The notes under the pieces were generated by a model. That model did not search any database. It worked only from the letters and a program-made list of their open reading frames with translations, and was not told where the DNA came from. This document shows positions 39,887 to 51,282 of a stretch of 64,000 nucleotides of DNA, piece by piece. The position numbers and the translations under genes are program-made. The first letter of the stretch is position 1. Each line of letters opens with the position of its first letter. Source of the DNA: an uncultured Acidobacteriota bacterium (lineage in GTDB: Bacteria; Acidobacteriota; UBA6911); contig CAWHCF010000023.1 in the NCBI GenBank assembly GCA_963827655.1, positions 192,001 through 256,000 on the forward strand, in the 5' to 3' direction.

Positions 39887-40057
39887 TGACTCCTTTTAAT
39901 CCGACCGGTGCAACTTGGAGACCGTCGACTGGAGGCCTGTAGCACAAGGAGTACTGCGGATTTACCAGAATTGTCCGATTGCCGCGACGACTGGCAACAC
40001 GCAAGATTCTTCCACCTACGACAAGATTTCTTGCACTGGGGGTTTGAAGGCACGCCC

Positions 40058-40330
40058 CTGGAGTGCGGTAGTTTGCTGAACTTGCTACCGACTTAGTTTG
40101 GCGAAGCTTGCTTCGCCATGCTCGCCCGCGAGAAGGTGTGAAAAATTCAGCGAACGGCTCTCGATTGACCGGCGTGCCCTTTGGCTTTTGTGGCGTGGGT
40201 CATCAGAGACTGTCGCAAAACTCGCTCGGTTCATGTGCGGGCGGGCTATCAAGCCCGTCCGGCCTCCGAGATGGCAATGAACTTGTTCGAAATACGTCCT
40301 TCGATCGGGTTTACTTACGACGGGCCAAAT
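40058..40330. repeat. Cluster: GGAG-REP half, IS1182-like end (40130-40148) and truncated MITE copy C (40206-40330)
   Basis: CTGGAGTGCGGTAG..., GGCGAAGC-TT-GCTTCGCC, GAGAAGGTGTGAAAAATTC, GAGACTGTCGCAAAA...GGGCTATCAAGCCCGTCCGG. Confidence 0.65.
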
Positions 40331-40682
40331 CAGATCCGCGCGTTTAGACGTCAGCCGATCTGCCGATTATTCACTGGGATCGCGTAAAGAAATTGCAAGG
40401 ACGGCGTACGAACCGACGGTTGCGCTTCGACGCACAGGTCTGATGACCTGCGCCACAGACCCAATTCATTCCGAGCTTCTCACAGCCCATGAGCGCCGAA
40501 GGTGCTACTGTCTCAATCGCAGTGCAGTTATAATGCGGCCATGATTTCGCGCGATCCACGGCTGAAGCCCTGGGTCGCCTCAGTCCAATGCGCAGCATTC
40601 GGAGCGGTTAATGGAATTGACATGGAACGCCATTCCCGGACCCGACCGGTCGAGGTCTGGCCCAAGATAGAGTTCCCCGGCT

Positions 40683-42431
40683 ATGAGACGACTCTTGACC
40701 CTCGCACTCGCTCTTACGACCACCGCCACGCTGGCGATCGAGCTTCAACTCCCGCTGGCGGCTCAGGGACGCCGCGCCACATCAAAACCGGACGCGCCCA
40801 AGCCGTTCTCGGTGGTTGAAGCCGGAATCGCCGAGATGCGGGCTGCGATGGAGCAGGGGCGCACCACGTCGCGCGAGATCGTCCACCAGTGCCTTACGCG
40901 AATCGCGCTGTACGAGGACCAGCTGAATGCGATCATCACGGTGAACCCCCATGCGCTGAAAGAGGCGGACGAGCGGGATCGTGAACGCGCGCAGGGCAAG
41001 ATCCGCGGCCCGTTGCACGGAATCCCGGTTGCCCTCAAGGACAACATTCACACGACGGATATGGCGACGACGGGGGGTGCTCTGGCGTTTGCGGGTCTCA
41101 TCCCGCCGTACGAGGCGACTTTGACGAAGAACCTGAAAGACGCCGGCGCAATCATCATCGCCAAGACGCAGCTCACCGAGCTGGCCAACTGGATTGCCAG
41201 CGGCATGCCTGGCAACTACAACGGCCTGACCGGCTACGGCATGAACCCGTACGACCCGCGCCGCGACCCGCGCGACAACACCTTCGACGGGCGGCCGGTG
41301 CTCGGCACAGGGGGATCGAGCTCGGGCGTCGGCACCGCCGCCAGCTTCTGGGCCGGTAACGTCGGCACCGAGACATCCGGATCGATTCTCAGCCCTTCCA
41401 ACCAGAACATGCTCGCCGGAATCAAGCCCACGGTCGGCCGCATCAGCCGCTACGGCGTCATCCCGATCACCGCCGACCAGGACACCCCAGGCCCGATGAC
41501 CAGGACCGTCGCGGATGCCGCAATCATGCTGGGAGCCATGGAAGGGGCCATGGCCGATCCCAACGACCCGGCAACCAAGACCTGTGCGCCGCCTCCGGGT
41601 CGAGACTACACAAAGTTCCTCAATGCCGGCGGGCTGAAGGGCGCGCGCATCGGAATTCCGCGCGCGTTCTTTTACGACCGCGCGACACCGCCGGGCGCGA
41701 AAGAGCCGCGCGGCGGCCTTACCGATGCCCAGCGCAAGGTGATGGACGAGGCCATCGCCGTCCTCAAACAACAAGGCGCGGTCATCGTCGACCCGGCGGA
41801 CATACCCAGCGTCGTCGATCAGGATGGGAAGAACAACCTCCTGAACTGGAACACCTGCGGGGGTCTCGACAACGCCAAGGGACGCGACGCCGACTGTTCG
41901 ATCGTCTTCAAGTACGGCATGAAGCGGGATTTTAACCAGTGGCTGAAGTCACTCGGCGCGAACGCGCCTCTGAAGACGATGACCGAGCTGCGGCAATGGA
42001 ACATCGCGCACCAGCGCGCAGGAGCGATCAAGTACGGCCAGGCCAATCTCGACGTGTCCGATGAAATGGACCTGCAGGGCGATCGTTCGCGCTACGAAAC
42101 CGATCGCCGCAAGGACATTCACCTCGGCGGAACCCACGGCATCGATGAGGCGATGAAAACGCACAAGCTGGATGCGCTGCTTTTCCCTGGTTCGAACGGC
42201 GCGGCGATCGCCGCGAAGCCCGGGTATCCAACCGTGATTGTGCCCTTCGGCCTGGTGCCGAACACCCCGGTCGGATCCGCCGCGGCGTTTCCCGACGGCT
42301 TTAATCCCAAGCCGACGCCGTTCGGCGTGAGCTTCACCGGGATGGCCTGCAGCGAGGCCAAGCTGATCGAGCTTGCGTATGCCTTCGAGCAGGCCACGAA
42401 GAAGCGCGTGCCCCCGCCCTTGTTTCCGTAG
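40683..42431 (+). CDS. Secreted amidase-signature family amidase
   Basis: PLHGIPVALKDN, GGSSSG, GTETSGSILSP, GIKPTVGRISRYG. Confidence 0.92.
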   Translation: MRRLLTLALALTTTATLAIELQLPLAAQGRRATSKPDAPKPFSVVEAGIAEMRAAMEQGRTTSREIVHQCLTRIALYEDQLNAIITVNPHALKEADERDRERAQGKIRGPLHGIPVALKDNIHTTDMATTGGALAFAGLIPPYEATLTKNLKDAGAIIIAKTQLTELANWIASGMPGNYNGLTGYGMNPYDPRRDPRDNTFDGRPVLGTGGSSSGVGTAASFWAGNVGTETSGSILSPSNQNMLAGIKPTVGRISRYGVIPITADQDTPGPMTRTVADAAIMLGAMEGAMADPNDPATKTCAPPPGRDYTKFLNAGGLKGARIGIPRAFFYDRATPPGAKEPRGGLTDAQRKVMDEAIAVLKQQGAVIVDPADIPSVVDQDGKNNLLNWNTCGGLDNAKGRDADCSIVFKYGMKRDFNQWLKSLGANAPLKTMTELRQWNIAHQRAGAIKYGQANLDVSDEMDLQGDRSRYETDRRKDIHLGGTHGIDEAMKTHKLDALLFPGSNGAAIAAKPGYPTVIVPFGLVPNTPVGSAAAFPDGFNPKPTPFGVSFTGMACSEAKLIELAYAFEQATKKRVPPPLFP

Positions 42432-42547
42432 CAGCAGGTAGTGTCGTATCTTCGTTTCCGTTGTTCCCCGGCAAATCTGCGATCGGTTGTCGCTTTGTCG
42501 CTTCGGGCGCCTGGCCCGCAGTTCCGCGACCCCTACCAACAGGGCCT

Positions 42548-44984
42548 TCACTCGTAGCGGAGCGCCGCCATCGGATCTATGCGGGTGGCACGAAGTGCGG
42601 GAATGTAGCTGGCGAGGAGCGCCACAGAAACCAGCATGGCGGCGACAACAAAGTAGGTAATCGGGTCCGTGGAGGTGATGCCGAACAGCAAACCGGTCAA
42701 CAGCCGGCTCAAGGCCACTGCTGCGGCCAGTCCGATGCCGACGCCGAACATCGCGAGCCCGACCCCGAGCCTGACTACGAGCCGCAAAATGTCGCCCTCC
42801 TGAGCGCCCAGGGCGACCCGAATACCGATCTCGCGCGTCCGCTGGCCCACGGCGTAAGAGATCACGCCATAAAGCCCCACGGCAGCCAGGGTCAAAGCCA
42901 GCATGCCGAAGACTCCGAGGAGACTCCCGGCCAGACGCTGCTGGAAAGAGCTCGCGCTGATGTGTGCTTCCAGCGTTTGAATATTGAACACGGGCAAATT
43001 CGGATCGAGCGAACGCACCACTCCCTGCACGGCAGGTGCGAGGGCGCGCGGATCGGTCCCGCTTCGCACATGGATGTACGAACTCGGCTGATAGCTTTGC
43101 AGAACCGGACGAAACAACATTGGCGAAGGAGGCTCAACCAGGCGGCGATATCGAGAGTCGCGGGCCACTCCGACGACGGTGACCCAGCCCGTGCCGTACT
43201 CGACGCGCTTGCCGATCGGATCTCCTCCTTTCCAAAACCGTGACGCGAAGGAATCGTTGACGATGGCCACTTGCGATCCATTCTCGTTGTCGCGCTGCGT
43301 GAAATCGCGGCCGCGCAAGAGCGGGATCTCCATCGTACGGAAGTAGTTCGGACCGATCGTGTTGGAATAGGTCCAGACTTCCTCATCCTTGGCAGGCTGA
43401 AAGCCTTCCACCCGGATCGACGTCGTACTGTACCCGCCGAAACCCAGGGGCACGCGGCGTGAAAGGGTCGCGGAGCGAACGCCCGGCAGTGATTCGAGCT
43501 GCTCGACGAGTTGCCGGAAAAAACGCTGGCCTTGCTCTGGCGAATAACCGCTGGGAAAAAGATCCACACCCATAAGCAGGACATTCCTCGGATTGAAACC
43601 CGGGTAGAAACCCTGTGCTTTTTGCAGGCTGCGGAGAAACAGGCCCGCCGCCACCAGAAGCACCAAAGACAAAGAAACCTGGGCGACAACCAGCGCGTTA
43701 CGGAGCCAGGTCTTGCGCCCTCCCACTCCGCCGGCGGCCTCATCCTTCAAGGCTGGGGCCAGCTCGGCGCGAGTGGCATTCAATGCGGGAGCCAATCCAA
43801 AAGCGAGCCCGGTCGCGATCGAAACCGCCAGTGTAAACGCAAGGACGCGGGCATCCGGGGCGACATTGATCCGGAAGGGGATTTCAATCGGCGGCGCGAG
43901 CGCCACGAGCAGGCCGGTTGTCCATAACGAGATTACGACGCCCACCGCTCCGCTCATGAGGGCGAGTAGAATGCTTTCGACCAGGAGCTGGCGGATGAGC
44001 GCCGCCCGTTTTGCGCCCAGCGCTATGCGGATTGCAATCTCTTTGCGCCGGCTAGTGGCACGGGCGAGGAGCAGATTCGCCACGTTGGCGCACGCGATCA
44101 GCAGCACAACGCCCATCAAAGCCATCAGCGCCAGCAGGACGGACCCCATCACCTCGGAAGCGCCCCCCGGGGCTTTCCACAACGGGTAAATTTCGATTCG
44201 AACTCCATCGTTCGTGTCCGGATACGCCCTGGCCAACTGGTCGGCAATCACACTGAACTCGGCCCGCGCCTGCTTGAGCGAGACGTCCGGCTTCACCCGG
44301 CCCATCACGTTCAGCCAGCGATTGCCTCTCTGCTCGAGTCGGTCGGTACCCGGCACGATTTGCCGCTGCATCATTATGGGAACCCAGACGTCAAACCTGA
44401 GTCCCGTCACAGTCCCCTGAAACTCCGGCGGAGCAATCCCGACCACTGTAAAGGGATGATTGTTGAGATTGATAATGCGCCCCGCTGCGAAGGGCTCTCC
44501 GTGAAAACGCTCCTGCCATAGTTCATGGCTGATCACGGCAACGGGGTGGGTGCCGGGTGCCTTGTCTTCGTCGGGCAGAAAAGTCCGCCCGTACCGCGCG
44601 CGCACACCCAGCACATCAAAAAAATTACCCGAAACAATCTGACCCCAGACTCGCTCGGGGGCCTCTTCGCCCGAAAGACTCAGCGCCACGTCGTCGAACG
44701 CAATAAATCCGGACAGCGACTGATTCCGATCCCTGTAGTCCCTGTAATCCTGGTGGGAAAAACTGATCAGAGGCTGGGCGCGGGTTGCGCCGGTAATCGA
44801 CACCAGCATGTCGGCTCCCGCCACGCCGGGCAGCGGATTCAATAGAATCGCGTTAAGCCAGCTGAACGCAGTGGTATTGGCGCCGATGCCGAGCGCCAGT
44901 GTGAGGACGGCCACAGTCAGTGAAACCAGGTCGTTTGGCTAAAGTACGCAGGCCGAACCGAACATCTTGCATCAGAGTATCCAT
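42548..44984 (-). CDS. ADOP-family duplicated ABC permease, frameshift near 44917
   Basis: MDTLMQDVRFGLRTLAKRPGFT at 44984 (GAGGAG RBS), continuing in ORF 42548-44914 with LLIACANVANLLL and PALRATRIDPMAALRYE. Confidence 0.9.
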
Positions 44985-45026
44985 GATTCTCCTCGATGGT
45001 TTCGCGCGAAGGGCGCCGACCCTCTG

Positions 45027-45150
45027 GCAAGAGACGTGCCAGGCCTGCGTGTGGTGAACTATCCGGATTCGTTGAGCTTATTAAGACATCGGCATGGCGC
45101 CGATTGGGGCGAATGTCCGGCCTTGGGATCCTGATGTTCAGAATCGCACA
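45027..45150 (-). promoter_or_regulatory. sigma54 promoter plus two upstream enhancer-like boxes
   Basis: Minus strand TGGCACG-tctc-TTGC (45027-45041, perfect consensus); TGTCCGGCCTTGGGAT (45114) and TGT-N10-ACA (45135-45150). Confidence 0.78.
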
Positions 45151-45205
45151 CCGACGTCGGACTGCTGCGTGTCGTGTCTTCGCGGCTTTGCGGTTAAAGC
45201 ACGCC

Positions 45206-46141
45206 TCACGTGTTGTCGATCTTCTCGATGATCTCGAGCAAACCCTTGAGAGACTCCCGGCTGGCCAGTTCCTTATTTTTGTCCGGTCGCTGATAGTGAG
45301 TCTCGAGGTTCAACGTACCCTGAAATCCATCTTTTACCAGTGCCCGAAGCTGGCCCAGGTTGTCCACTTCCCCTTTCCCCACCGGCAGCCACTGGCAACG
45401 CTTTGTCTCTGGATCGCGCCCGGCGTCTCTCAGGTGAACGTGGTGAATGCGTTTCTTGTCCAGACAGGCATAGCCTTCGGGAAACGGAGTCTCCCCTCCG
45501 CAATAAGCATTGTTGGGATCCCATGCGAGCCCGAGATGGGGCGAAGGGATTGCCTTTAGCAGCCGCGCTGCTTCCGCACCCGTCTCCGCAGTAGCGCCGC
45601 CGACATTCTCCAGCAGAAGGACTCGATCCGCCTTCTGCGCCACTTCAACGGATTTGCTTAGATGTTCCACGACGCGGTCGAATACCGTATCCGGATTTTC
45701 GACGCGCCAGAAGCTGAACACACGGATGAAACGGGTCCCCAGTAACTCCGATCTTTCAATGGCCCGCTTGAGCAAGGCGTCTTGTTCCTGATATGGGTAG
45801 TCGTCCCTATTGCCCCTCAGAGCCTTGGTTCCCGGCAAGGCGCATTTGTACAGAGACGTGTCCAAGACGGAGAGCCTGATTTGATACTGGTCGAGCAGGG
45901 ACCGGGCTTTCTTCACATCCGCCAGGCTCAGCTCGGTGACGTACTGATTCCACAGGTTGCGAATCTCAACCCACTTCAAGCCGAACTCGCGGCAGAATTT
46001 GAGAGATGCTTCAAGGTCCTGGCTGACTTCATCGGTAGTAATTCCCAGCCTTGCTTTGAGAGACTGAGCTGCGCGCAACGAGTCCTTCTGCAGCCAGATC
46101 AGACTTGCCCCAAGCTGTTGCAAGAATCCGCGACGGTTCAT
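45206..46141 (-). CDS. Sugar phosphate isomerase/epimerase (xylose-isomerase-like TIM barrel), Tat leader
   Basis: MNRRGFL; LLLEN, WDPNN, HVHLRD, NLETH. Confidence 0.88.
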   Translation of the reverse strand: MNRRGFLQQLGASLIWLQKDSLRAAQSLKARLGITTDEVSQDLEASLKFCREFGLKWVEIRNLWNQYVTELSLADVKKARSLLDQYQIRLSVLDTSLYKCALPGTKALRGNRDDYPYQEQDALLKRAIERSELLGTRFIRVFSFWRVENPDTVFDRVVEHLSKSVEVAQKADRVLLLENVGGATAETGAEAARLLKAIPSPHLGLAWDPNNAYCGGETPFPEGYACLDKKRIHHVHLRDAGRDPETKRCQWLPVGKGEVDNLGQLRALVKDGFQGTLNLETHYQRPDKNKELASRESLKGLLEIIEKIDNT

Positions 46142-46290
46142 GATTCTCCTCCAATCGCTTCGGAACGATGCCCGCACAGCGTGGGATGATACACCATCAC
46201 GGAGAGATTCCTGGTGTTTCTTCGTGTCTTTGTGTCTTCGTGGTTATAAGGTTTTCATCCGATATAATGAAAGCAGCCAGGAGGACAGCG

Positions 46291-47760
46291 ATGGAATACG
46301 AACCAGTCATCGGCCTCGAGGTGCATGCGCAGCTCCTCACGCACAGCAAGCTGTTTTGCGGCTGCAGCACTCGTTTCGGTGATCCGCCCAACACCAATAC
46401 CTGTCCCGTGTGTCTGGGGCTCCCGGGAGCGCTGCCGGTTTTGAACCGCAACGCGGTTACCATGGCGACTCGCGCTGCAATGGCTCTCGGGTGCGCAATC
46501 AACCCGATCTCGATATTTGCCCGGAAGAACTACTTCTACCCTGATCTGCCGAAGGGTTATCAGATCTCGCAATATGATCGTCCCCTGGGAGAGCACGGTT
46601 CGGTAGAAGTTCTGTCCGGCGAGCGCACGCCGGCCGGACACATTATCAACCGGCGCAAGAAGGTGTTTCGGATCACCCGTCTGCACATGGAGGAAGATGC
46701 GGGAAAATCCATTCATGAAGGGATGAACGACACTGACGGGAAATCTTACGTAAACCTCAATCGGAGCGGCGTTCCCCTGGTCGAAATCGTGAGCGAACCC
46801 GACTTCCGGAGCAGTCAGGAGGCCTACGACTATTTGACCAGTCTACGCCGTACGCTCCTCTACCTCGGGGTATGCGACGGCAACATGGAAGAAGGGAGTC
46901 TGCGCTGCGACGCCAACGTATCGATCCGCCCGAAAGGATCGCCCAAGCTGGGCACCCGGGTCGAAATCAAGAATCTCAACTCATTCCGCTTCCTGCAAAA
47001 AGCTTTGGATTATGAAATCGAGAGACAGGCGGGCGTCCTCTCCGAAAATGGAAGCATTTTCCAGGAAACACGTCTCTGGGACGAAGCGAAAAATCGCACC
47101 TTCACCATGCGCAGCAAGGAAGAGGCGCATGATTACCGCTACTTCCCTGAGCCCGACCTTCCCCCGTTGAAGTTAAAGGCCGAGTGGATTGAAGAGATGC
47201 GCCGTTCTATTCCTGAGCTTCCGCAGGCCAGGCTCGAGCGATTCATGGCTCAGTATCAATTATCCGAGGAGGATGCATTGTTATTGACCTCCACACGTGA
47301 GCTGGCGGACTACTTCGAGGAAACCGCGCGCATCAGCGCGAATCCCAGAGCGGCGGCGAACTGGATCATGGGAGATCTCGCGTATGCCCTGAAGAACTCA
47401 GGCAAGGACATTGACCGGTCCCCGGTTGCACCCGCAGCCCTTGCCGGGCTTCTCAAAATGATCGACTCGGGCGTGATCTCGGGAAAGATCGCCAAAACAG
47501 TCTTCGAAGAAATGTTCCGCTCGGGCGACCAAGCCTCGGCCGTGGTCCAGCGCCTGGGACTGACGCAAATAAGCGATGAAGCGAGTCTTGTGGCGATCAT
47601 AGAGAGGGTAAAGACAGCCAACCCGAAACAGCTGGCCGATTACCGCAGCGGGAAAGATAAGCTGCTTGCTTACTTCGTCGGCCAGGTGATGAAGGAAACC
47701 AAGGGTCAGGCAAACCCTCAACTGCTCAACGATCTGCTCAGGCGGTCATTGAGGGAATAG
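46291..47760 (+). CDS. gatB: Asp/Glu-tRNA amidotransferase subunit B
   Basis: MEYEPVIGLEVHAQL, RKNYFYPDLPKGYQISQ, GSLRCDANVS, YRYFPEPDLPP. Confidence 0.97.
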   Translation: MEYEPVIGLEVHAQLLTHSKLFCGCSTRFGDPPNTNTCPVCLGLPGALPVLNRNAVTMATRAAMALGCAINPISIFARKNYFYPDLPKGYQISQYDRPLGEHGSVEVLSGERTPAGHIINRRKKVFRITRLHMEEDAGKSIHEGMNDTDGKSYVNLNRSGVPLVEIVSEPDFRSSQEAYDYLTSLRRTLLYLGVCDGNMEEGSLRCDANVSIRPKGSPKLGTRVEIKNLNSFRFLQKALDYEIERQAGVLSENGSIFQETRLWDEAKNRTFTMRSKEEAHDYRYFPEPDLPPLKLKAEWIEEMRRSIPELPQARLERFMAQYQLSEEDALLLTSTRELADYFEETARISANPRAAANWIMGDLAYALKNSGKDIDRSPVAPAALAGLLKMIDSGVISGKIAKTVFEEMFRSGDQASAVVQRLGLTQISDEASLVAIIERVKTANPKQLADYRSGKDKLLAYFVGQVMKETKGQANPQLLNDLLRRSLRE

Positions 47761-47803
47761 CCCGACTGGATCTGGATAGGACGGTTACCTGCGCGCGTGT
47801 CCC

Positions 47804-48346
47804 ATGAGTAATTCCGACTCAAGAAAGAAGGCCGCAGCGCTGCGGCGCCTGAGCATCCGTTCAAAGGCTCCCAGTCTCGCCGGATCTCAATCACGGCCTC
47901 GATTCGTCGTGGACGTCATGTTAGGGCGGCTGGCCAAATGGCTCCGAATCGCGGGCTTCGACGTCCTCTACTCGAATCGCTTCACCGATGATGAACTGGT
48001 TGCGCTTTCGCGCGGCGAAGGCAGAATTTTACTATCGCGCGACACCCGTCTCCTGATTCGAAAGTCAGTCAAGGAATTCATTTTTCTCGAAAGCGACCGG
48101 ATCCAGGAACAGATCCGCCAGATCCTTCACACGACTCAGACCGAGAGGCTCTCCGAGGTTCTTACCCGCTGCCTTGCCTGCAATGACGTCCTGGTGACGG
48201 TTTCACGAGAGCAAGTGCGCGGCAATGTTCCTCCCTACGTATTCGCCACCCAACCGAGCTTCAAATGCTGTCCTCGCTGCCACAAAGTCTACTGGGCCGG
48301 AACTCATCGGCAGGCGGTAATCCGAACACTCGAGCAATTGCTGTAA
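47804..48346 (+). CDS. Mut7-C RNase domain (DUF82) protein
   Basis: FVVDVMLGRLAKWLR, LLSRD, RCLACN, CPRCHKVYWAGTH. Confidence 0.88.
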   Translation: MSNSDSRKKAAALRRLSIRSKAPSLAGSQSRPRFVVDVMLGRLAKWLRIAGFDVLYSNRFTDDELVALSRGEGRILLSRDTRLLIRKSVKEFIFLESDRIQEQIRQILHTTQTERLSEVLTRCLACNDVLVTVSREQVRGNVPPYVFATQPSFKCCPRCHKVYWAGTHRQAVIRTLEQLL

Positions 48347-48394
48347 CCACGAAGACGCAAAGACACGAAGAGAAGCGCGGCATTACAGACTCTA

Positions 48395-48823
48395 TCAGGT
48401 GATCGTCCGGTAGAGATTCGCCGCCCAGGAAAGAGCCACAAGCAGCGCCGCTAGTAGCCAGAGCGTACGGCGCTGTGTGGGCCCAATCTCCAGGTCCAGA
48501 GCGATACCCAACACCATGCGGCAACCCAGGATATAGACAGTTGAGACCAGTACGCCGATTCCCAGAGCGGGCGCCAGGATGTTGCTCTGAAAGGCTTGCC
48601 TGATCTCGCCCCGCATCATCCAGGCACTCCCCGTAGTGAGACCGCAGAAGGGACACGGCAGATCGATGAGCATCCTCAGCGGACAAGAGGGCAGCCAGAT
48701 TCTTCGGCCGGAGTTATCTATGGGTCCCGCCAAGCAGGCAAGTGTTCCGAACAACGCAATCCCGGCCAGCAGAGCCTGGGACCGCGGATTTCTCCAGGGG
48801 CTCAATATGGGCCGAAAATACAT
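48395..48823 (-). CDS. DUF2752 family membrane protein
   Basis: CPLRML..LPCPFCGLT...AF..N. Confidence 0.8.
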   Translation of the reverse strand: MYFRPILSPWRNPRSQALLAGIALFGTLACLAGPIDNSGRRIWLPSCPLRMLIDLPCPFCGLTTGSAWMMRGEIRQAFQSNILAPALGIGVLVSTVYILGCRMVLGIALDLEIGPTQRRTLWLLAALLVALSWAANLYRTIT

Positions 48824-48916
48824 GAGCTGTCAGACCTCGAATGTCTCGTTCTTCATTTCAATACTCGTCCATAGAAATGAAATATTCAAGTGTGACACCG
48901 TAGAGTATGATCAGCC

Positions 48917-51091
48917 GTGCTCACTCAGAAACACAAACAAGAAACCCTGCGCTTCATACAATCCCACAAAGGCGAATCATTTACCTTCCGAGATCTCGTC
49001 CGCTTCCTCGACCTGAGCAATGACGACCGACGGAGCTTGCGGCACCACCTGGAAGAGTTGGACTCGGAGGGAATCATCCACCGGGTAAAACGGGGGCGAT
49101 ACGCGCTGCCCACTCGAGAGAGCCTGGTCTCGGGTGTGTTGACCTGCCACCGGGACGGCTACGGCTTCGTCGTTCCGGACGACCGAAGTCTTTACAAGCA
49201 GGACATTTTTGTTGCGGCCAGGAATATGGAGGACGCGATGCACGGCGACCGCGTCCTGATCAAGGTCGGAATGAAAAAACGACCTCCTCGCCGCGAGGGG
49301 CGCGGCCGCGGCGCGAAATCCGAACAGGAGCGCCTGGAAGGCACCGTCGTCCGTGTCCTGGAACGGAAATACTCCACCATCGTGGGACGCTTTCATGAGC
49401 ACCCGCGCTTTCCCTTCGTGGCTCCGCTCGATGCTCGAATGCTCCACGACATTCAAATCCCTTTCAATGCCTCGAAGAACGCCAGGCATGGGCAAATAGT
49501 CGTGGCCGCCCTGACGATTCCACCCGGAAAATACCAGAATCCATCAGGGAAGATTGTGGAAATCCTGGGTTATCCCGACGAACCCGGGATTGAATACAAG
49601 ATTGTTTATCACAAGTTCGGATTGCCGGTTGAATTCAGTCCCGGGACAACAACTGAAGTCGCACATATTCCCAATCGTGTATTAGCGGAAGATATCGCCC
49701 TGCGGGTAGATTTTCGCGGCGAGGTCTCGGTTACTATCGACGGCGAGACGGCGCGCGATTTCGACGATGCGATTACTCTCAAGAAACTCGACTCAGGAAA
49801 CTTTCTTCTTGGAGTCCATATCGCAGACGTGTCGCATTACGTCCGCGAAAATATGGCTCTGGACCAGGATGCCTATCTGCGCGGGACCTCGGTATATTTT
49901 CCCGATCGCGCCATTCCCATGCTCCCTCACGCGCTTTCGAATGAAATCTGCAGCCTGAAGCCGAACGAAGATCGCCTGGTATTTTCTGTAATAATGGAAG
50001 TAGATCCTCGAGGCGCTGTGATTAACAGCCGGTTCGTCGAAGGAGTACTGCGCAGCAGGGAGCGAATGACATATACCTCGGTAGCAAGAATTCTGGTGGA
50101 TCACGACCCGGGCGAAATTGAACGGTATCAAGAACTGGTGCCGTTTTTCGAAACCATGGAGGAGTTATGCGGAATTCTAATTAAGGCGAGATATCGCCGC
50201 GGAGCAGTCGACTTCGACCTGCCGGAAGCCGACATCCACTTTGATGAAAGCGGAAAAGTAATTGATATCTTGCCGTCGGAACGAAATATTGCGCACCGTG
50301 TCATCGAGGAGTTCATGCTCCTGGCAAACGAAACCGTCGCCAAGAAACTGACGGATTCGGGAGGGCCAGCCCTGTATCGTATTCACGAGGAGCCGGACCC
50401 TCAAAAGGTCGAGGATTTCGCCGAGTTCGCTCTCGCGCTGGGATTGCGGCTCGACCGCCAGCGCGGGCGTTACCACCCACGCGACTTTCAGAACTTCTGC
50501 CGCCAGCTCGAGGGCAGGCCCGAAGGGAAGTTTCTCGCCTACTTGATGCTTCGCTCGTTCATGCAGGCACGGTACTCCGAGCAGAATCTCGGTCACTTTG
50601 GACTCGCCACACAGGAATATACGCACTTCACATCACCTATTCGACGCTATCCTGATTTGATAGTTCACCGGCTTCTGAAAGAATGCCTGAAGCCGCAACC
50701 TTCCCGGCAATGGCAGGAGAATATGCAAGATCGCCTGCCGGAAATTGCACGCCACACATCGGCCCGGGAGCGGAATGCCGATGATGCCGAACGCGAGATT
50801 GAAAAAATCAAGAAAGTGCAGTTCATGGCAGATAAGGTGGGAGATGAGTTCGACGGAATTGTCTTTTCCGTTATTCGTCAGGGATTTTATGTAGAGCTTC
50901 TCGACCATTTCGTGGAAGGATTCGTGCCTATCGGAACACTCGTCGACGATAATTATCTCTACAAGGAAAAGACCCACTCGTTTGTGGGAGAGATTTACCG
51001 CAAGCATTTCAAACTCGGGTCCAAGGTTAGAGTCCGGCTGGACATTGCCGACCGCGAAAGCAACCGGCTCGGTTTCTCGATTGTTTCCTGA
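48917..51091 (+). CDS. rnr: Ribonuclease R
   Basis: HRDGYGFV, TIDGETARDFDDA, IEEFMLLAN, HFTSPIRRYPDL, S1 tail. Confidence 0.96.
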   Translation: MLTQKHKQETLRFIQSHKGESFTFRDLVRFLDLSNDDRRSLRHHLEELDSEGIIHRVKRGRYALPTRESLVSGVLTCHRDGYGFVVPDDRSLYKQDIFVAARNMEDAMHGDRVLIKVGMKKRPPRREGRGRGAKSEQERLEGTVVRVLERKYSTIVGRFHEHPRFPFVAPLDARMLHDIQIPFNASKNARHGQIVVAALTIPPGKYQNPSGKIVEILGYPDEPGIEYKIVYHKFGLPVEFSPGTTTEVAHIPNRVLAEDIALRVDFRGEVSVTIDGETARDFDDAITLKKLDSGNFLLGVHIADVSHYVRENMALDQDAYLRGTSVYFPDRAIPMLPHALSNEICSLKPNEDRLVFSVIMEVDPRGAVINSRFVEGVLRSRERMTYTSVARILVDHDPGEIERYQELVPFFETMEELCGILIKARYRRGAVDFDLPEADIHFDESGKVIDILPSERNIAHRVIEEFMLLANETVAKKLTDSGGPALYRIHEEPDPQKVEDFAEFALALGLRLDRQRGRYHPRDFQNFCRQLEGRPEGKFLAYLMLRSFMQARYSEQNLGHFGLATQEYTHFTSPIRRYPDLIVHRLLKECLKPQPSRQWQENMQDRLPEIARHTSARERNADDAEREIEKIKKVQFMADKVGDEFDGIVFSVIRQGFYVELLDHFVEGFVPIGTLVDDNYLYKEKTHSFVGEIYRKHFKLGSKVRVRLDIADRESNRLGFSIVS

Positions 51092-51169
51092 CATCCATTA
51101 AATGAACATCAACCACCAGGGCCTTACGAGAGCACCCGAACCGACAGTAATATACATTCACTTAAACAC

Positions 51170-51198
51170 TTGCCTATTACTGCATGATGTCGTAACTT
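51170..51198 (+). promoter_or_regulatory. Putative sigma70 promoter in an AT-rich spacer
   Basis: TTGCCT-N17-TAACTT. Confidence 0.35.
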
Positions 51199-51282
51199 CT
51201 ATTTCGATTTTGAATTTTAAGCAGCTACGGCAAGAATCGACAATAGTCCCGTCACAATTCAAGAATAATTAAAGGAAAACAC

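Noticed and set aside
46168-46290. N-terminal extension of GatB in the ORF track
   Set aside because: It is translated from an octamer repeat; the conserved start MEYEPVIGLE with a GGAGG RBS is at 46291.
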